Assembly: GCA_004431415.1 (NCBI GenBank)
Contig: QPMI01000529.1
Location: forward strand, 1-64,000
Length of the DNA: 64,000 bases
Direction: 5' to 3'
From: Cyanophora paradoxa CCMP329
Lineage: Eukaryota; Plantae; Glaucophyta
Shown: positions 59,815-64,000 of the stretch, one piece after another
Layout of the letters: every line of letters starts with the position of its first letter
Numbering within the stretch: the stretch's first letter is position 1
Notes under the pieces: model-generated
What the model was told of the DNA's origin: nothing
The model's database searches: none
What the model saw: only the letters and a program-made list of their open reading frames with translations
Translations under genes and position numbers: made by a program

Positions 59815-61954
59815 ATGCCCCGCTTCGTATTCGTGAAAAAGCAGGTGGTGCAGGCTCCGCAGTATGGCGTGGAGCCGATCTCGCTGACTGTGGGCAGGCC
59901 CCAGGTGCGATCGGGCTCCGTGCTCAACAACGGGAACAGTACGTACGGCTTTCAGCTGAACTGGGTCGCGGTCACCAACGCCGTCAAGTACAAGGTGTAC
60001 AGGGCGACCAGCATCAACGGCCCCTGGGATCTCGTGGCCACGGTGAATGCGCCAACCGTCACCTACACGGACTCTCCCTTTAGTTTGGGGCCCAGCGACT
60101 CTACCGCGTGGCGGCGGTTCGCGAACAGGGCAGCAGCAGCACGGGCTCTGATGGCAAAGCCCCGCCCACAACCTACGCACAGTCGCTTCTCTACACCCAC
60201 GAGGGTGCCATGAGCAATTACATTCTCTTCCAAGGCATAGGCGGCTTCAGCCCGCAGATCGAAGCCTACACCACGCTCACGACCGCCACGGCCCAGACCT
60301 ACGGCGATTTTATTGCCGGGGGCGGCCCCGCGTCTTCGGGCTTCCCGAAACCCGCCATAGTCGTCACAATCAACTGGGTGGCCATGGAGGGCGCGGACTC
60401 GATTCGAATTTACAGGAACGGTACGCCAATCGGATTTGCGAGCAGTGCCCTGTCTACCTCGTACATTGACGATAGCACTGCTCTTACGTGGGGCACGGAA
60501 TACTCTTACCAGGTGGCCGGCATCGTGGGCGGTGTCGAATACGACAAGTCCGATCCGCTCCTGGTCTGGACTATGCCAAACGCCCCCACGAACGTGACGG
60601 CATCAGCACCCAACGACCAGCAGCAGCCTGTCAGCCTCAGCTGGACTGCGTCCACGGGAGCGACGGGATACAAGATTTACAGAGACGGGGCCTACCTCAC
60701 AGACTCCGCGACCAACTCCTACAGCGACACGACCACCGTCTGGGGTACAGGGTACGAGTACCAGATCTCCGCGACGAACACGGGAGGGGAGGGGCCGAAG
60801 AGTATTGCGGCGTACGTCACCACGGACCCGGGGGCGCCCACTGGGCTCACTGCAACCCCCGCGGCGGGGGCAGCACAGCCTGTTGTGCTCGAGTGGTCGG
60901 TGCCGGTGACGGGCGTCACCGTCTCCTACAACATCTACAGGGGTGGCGTGTTCCTTGCCAGCGACACGAGCAGCCCCTTTTCGGACACAACGACCGTTTA
61001 CGGAACCACTTACACTTACACCATCAAGGGCGTCAACCAGATCGGCGAGGAAGGCCCTCAGTCCTCGTCTGCCAGTGCAACAACTGCAAACGCTCCTGTT
61101 TTGGGTACATTCTCCTACACCGGGGCCGACCAGACTTTCGTAGTACCAACGGGGACTGTGGCTGTGCGTGTCATCGTATGGGCGGCCGGGGTGGAGGCGG
61201 AGAACGCGCAGGTACGGGGGTCCGTGGAGGCGCGGGTGCTTGCGTAGTTGGTACATTGGCTGTGTCCTCGGGGGAGACGCTCATCCTTGTTGTTGGATGC
61301 GGCGGCCCAAAGGGTGTATCGGGGACTGCCACTGCTACCGTCTACGGAGGTGGTGGAAGGGGCTGGAGCCATAGCGTCGATCCGGAGTACAAAAACGGCG
61401 CCGGTGGTGGTCGTTCTGCAATTCAGCGCGTTGCAGGGACCGACTTGGTTGTTGCAGGGGCCGGAGGTGGGGGTACATGTGATTCGAATGGCGGCGGGGG
61501 AGTAGGCGGGGGGTTGACCGGTGGTGCGGCTGGGTTGGTTGGAGTAACCGGAGAGATACCGGCTCAAGGAGGCACCCAAACCGCTGGCGGAGCCGGTGTT
61601 GTGGCCTCAGGGGCCAGGCCCAGCAACCCGGGAACTTTGCGCCAAGGTGGAGAGACTGGGCCTGATTCAAGCGGCTACAGGTTCGGTGGTGGTGGTGGTG
61701 GTGGTTACTTCGGTGGAGGCTCTGGGTCCAGCAGGAGCGGAGTGTCAGAGAACCCAATAGCAAGAATGTTTGGAGGTGGCGGTGGCTCGAGCTACATAGG
61801 AAACTTGACGGATGCTACGGTGTATCCTGGGTCCGGCCAGGTGGCAGGAAATAGCGGAGACGCTCACTACGCAGCAGGCATTGGTAGGGGCGGCAACGGT
61901 GGCTCGTCTTTCAGCGACGGTGGCAACGGTCGAATTGTGATACTCGCGGTGTAG
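59815..61954 (+). CDS. FN3-repeat plus C-terminal glycine-rich (ALK/LTK GRD-like) protein, about 710 aa after correcting two frameshifts
   Basis: Four FN3-like units (LxW..YxVYR/IYR..YxD..YxVxA) then FSYTGADQTFVVP..GGGG..GGYFGGG..GGGGGSSY..GGNGRIVI. Frames rejoin by adding one G at G-runs near 60090 and 61190. Confidence 0.8.
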
Positions 61955-61974
61955 TTATTCCTAGTTGTTCCAGA

Positions 61975-63042
61975 TCAGCTCGCCAGTGCCGCTACCTGGT
62001 CTTTGAGAGTTTGAACTTCTTGTGAAAGTTCCTGAATTGCCTTCAACGACAGGGAAATGAGCCTGTCGTAGTTTACCCCGAGAAATCCATCCGCGTTCTC
62101 GAAAACGAGACTCGGGAAGACGCCTTGGACTTCCTGTGCGATGAGACCGTAATCCGTTTTCGAACCCCCCGAGGATGTGTTCTTCCAGGTGAACGACACG
62201 GGATTCAGCTGCAGCAGAAGAGGGAGAATGCCCGACATGCTCGCGACATTTTCTTTCAGGCGGCTATCGCTCGACGAGTTTGTCAGGTATCCTTGAGCAT
62301 CCGAATAAACGGCTCGGTTTCCATCGCCCGTGAGCGTCGAGACGATGAGCCGACCCGTGATGCCAACGCCGACGGTTCCGCACAGCAGTCGTTCGGTGCC
62401 GTTGTTTCTCAAGGATAGACCAGAGCTGACGCTGACGCTTCCGCTATCAACGATTGAAGTGTTTGCTATGCTTAGGCCATTAGTAGGGCCTTCGATTGCC
62501 GAGGTAAATAGAGTACCTGTAACACCAACGCCAAGAGTCCCACAGAGGAGTCTATCGTTTTCGTTGTACTTTATAGCTACGCCTGAACCACCGCCATTTA
62601 TGTACGGTGACGTTCCGGTAATTTGCAGCTTATCGTCCAATGTAACGATGCCCGCCAAGTTTGAAGCCCCGCTCACCCTAAGCCCCCCCACCACGTTTGC
62701 TCCGCCTCCTTGCACATACAGAGCCGCATTCCCCTCCCCGTTCACAGTCCCATTAAAGGTCACCTGATTCGTGGTGTACCCGCTCCCGTCCCAGGCCCCG
62801 TTCGTGACGGTGAGCCTCTGCGTCCTCACGCGCCCCGGCACGGCCGACCCGCCCTCCCGCGTGCGCATCTTGTCGCAGCGCAGCTCGCCGACGCGGACGA
62901 GGTCGGCCTCGGAAAAGGGGACGGCCGTGGCGTTGTAGGGGGCCTCGGTGGCCTGGTTTCCGAGGGTGGTCTCCTTAATCGTGTGATCGCCCTTGTGATT
63001 CACGCTGGCAGCATAGGTAAATAGAGGGACAGCGACCGACAT
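61975..63042 (-). CDS. Fibre/spike protein with C-terminal intramolecular chaperone autoprocessing (peptidase S74) domain
   Basis: SSDSRLKENV..LNPVSFTWK..GLIAQEV..FPSLV..VNYDRL..KAIQEL then coiled coil; internal repeat RLLCGTxGVG(V/I)TG occurs twice. Confidence 0.92.
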   Translation of the reverse strand: MSVAVPLFTYAASVNHKGDHTIKETTLGNQATEAPYNATAVPFSEADLVRVGELRCDKMRTREGGSAVPGRVRTQRLTVTNGAWDGSGYTTNQVTFNGTVNGEGNAALYVQGGGANVVGGLRVSGASNLAGIVTLDDKLQITGTSPYINGGGSGVAIKYNENDRLLCGTLGVGVTGTLFTSAIEGPTNGLSIANTSIVDSGSVSVSSGLSLRNNGTERLLCGTVGVGITGRLIVSTLTGDGNRAVYSDAQGYLTNSSSDSRLKENVASMSGILPLLLQLNPVSFTWKNTSSGGSKTDYGLIAQEVQGVFPSLVFENADGFLGVNYDRLISLSLKAIQELSQEVQTLKDQVAALAS

Positions 63043-63066
63043 TTTTGGATTGCATCAGAAAATCGA

Positions 63067-64000
63067 TTACATAAGCAGCTTGCCGATCGCGGTCCAATGA
63101 ATAAAAAGCTGGACAATTTGGGTGGGCGTGACCGTCATTCTGGGTTGGAATCTCACTTTAACTGTAAAGCCAGTGTGACTCACCGCCGTGACGTTGGCCC
63201 CGTAGAAATCGACATCCGTGCTGCCGCCGGGATTGATGTCGAACGAGGGGGTTACGTTAATAACCGGCGTTGGGTTTGCTGGGGTCCCCAGTCCGCCTCC
63301 AGTGTCGTACGCCTGTCCGAATGTAATGTTGAACGTCACCGTGTATGTTGAATTGATGTTAAACTCCGTGTACGCAGCGTAGGAGTGGAAGGACGTGCCG
63401 TGCGTTATGTACGCATCCATGTTCACGTTTCTGTGCCCGTGGCTGGTGAGCGAGTACTCTGTGTGACTGTGCGTAGAGGGTGGGAAGGAAGTGGGTCGGT
63501 CGATGACATTATCCCAGTACACATTGTGACTGTGTGTAGAGGGGGGGAAGGTAAGTGGCTTGCCCGTTACGTTGTCCCAATCCACGGAGATGTTCGTCAA
63601 GTCCGGGGCCGTCCAGTCGCTGATCTGAGAGATGGTGTGCTGGTGGTCTGCGTGGGGATACGTACTCGGCTTCCCCGTGATGCTATCCCACGCCCACGTT
63701 GTTGGTATCACGGGTATCGTCGGCCTCCCGCTGAGATCTGCATACGCCCCCGTGTGTGCCACCGTCGCCAGCTGCGGCACGGCAACGCCCACGGTGCTCA
63801 CGGCCTGGCTCGCCCCCGGCGCCATGTGCCACTCGTAGTTCTGCGATGCAAACACGGGCTGGCCTGGCTCGGGCGCCCAGTACTCGATGCCTTTGGCGAT
63901 CTTCTTGGTGTATGGTGCTGCAGGCCTGTCAACCAATTTATCGACGTAGGCCTTGGGTACCAGCCAGTTTGCCTTGGGGCTCTGCGAATTGATCCCGTTG
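63067..64000 (-). CDS. Phage-tail-fibre-like protein (5' end outside the window) with C-terminal H-lectin/gp53-like domain
   Basis: Frame is open to the window edge (VPKAYVDK); LATVAHTGAYADLSGRP; three W(D)xxxx(K/R)PxxxPxxxHxH repeats; C-terminus TGFTV..IHWTAIG. Confidence 0.85.
   Translation of the reverse strand, partial: NGINSQSPKANWLVPKAYVDKLVDRPAAPYTKKIAKGIEYWAPEPGQPVFASQNYEWHMAPGASQAVSTVGVAVPQLATVAHTGAYADLSGRPTIPVIPTTWAWDSITGKPSTYPHADHQHTISQISDWTAPDLTNISVDWDNVTGKPLTFPPSTHSHNVYWDNVIDRPTSFPPSTHSHTEYSLTSHGHRNVNMDAYITHGTSFHSYAAYTEFNINSTYTVTFNITFGQAYDTGGGLGTPANPTPVINVTPSFDINPGGSTDVDFYGANVTAVSHTGFTVKVRFQPRMTVTPTQIVQLFIHWTAIGKLLM

Larger units (their letters stand above)
54950..64000. mobile_element. 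Endogenous DNA-virus element (probably Polinton-like virus/virophage class), left arm; continues beyond the window
   Basis: Abrupt switch to densely packed, essentially intronless ORFs with intergenic gaps as short as 20-40 bp, AAAATG starts, and fibre, S74-chaperone, FN3 and HNH genes. Left boundary is approximate; hallmark core genes are not visible. Confidence 0.75.

Noticed and set aside
59250-61200. Frameshifts in viral ORFs as programmed recoding or pseudogenisation
   Set aside because: Those checked are single-base losses at G/C runs, and the same defect occurs in host GWD (~7626, ~5005). Long-read consensus error is the simpler explanation.

Overview
Nuclear DNA of a very GC-rich eukaryote with many tiny (about 50-80 nt) GT-AG and GC-AG introns. 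A starch dikinase with no transit peptide points to an alga that stores starch in the cytosol (glaucophyte/Cyanophora-like; inference). The window has three zones. (1) 1-39.4 kb, GC-rich host genes: tRNA-Val(TAC) plus a truncated duplicate, alpha-glucan water dikinase, two head-to-head acetyl-CoA-synthetase-family paralogues forming a ~6.8 kb quasi-palindrome, a BC-box/LRR (Rad7-like) gene head-to-head with a SNF2-RING (Rad5/Rad16/Ris1-group) helicase, and several hypothetical genes. (2) 39.4-53.7 kb, visibly lower GC: probably one giant signal-peptide to GPI-anchor surface-protein gene with beta-helix (GGA/FxxN) repeats. (3) A cluster of TA-flanked MITEs, then from ~54.95 kb an almost intron-free, gene-dense endogenous viral element, most likely Polinton-like virus/virophage class, running off the right edge. 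It carries phage-style fibre genes (S74 chaperone, tail-fibre repeats, FN3 + Gly-rich), a tandem paralogue pair and a degenerate HNH gene. It also has a shared TTTTC[GT]GA-N8/9-AAAATG upstream motif, three (GGGACTT)n modules (two inverted around a repeat-rich spacer) and one gene with a host-type spliceosomal intron. That left-arm control region is the best candidate for an undescribed system. No capsid, ATPase, polymerase or integrase gene is recognisable in the window. Many single-base homopolymer deletions suggest long-read consensus errors. Gene models were spliced by eye, so boundaries are approximate.
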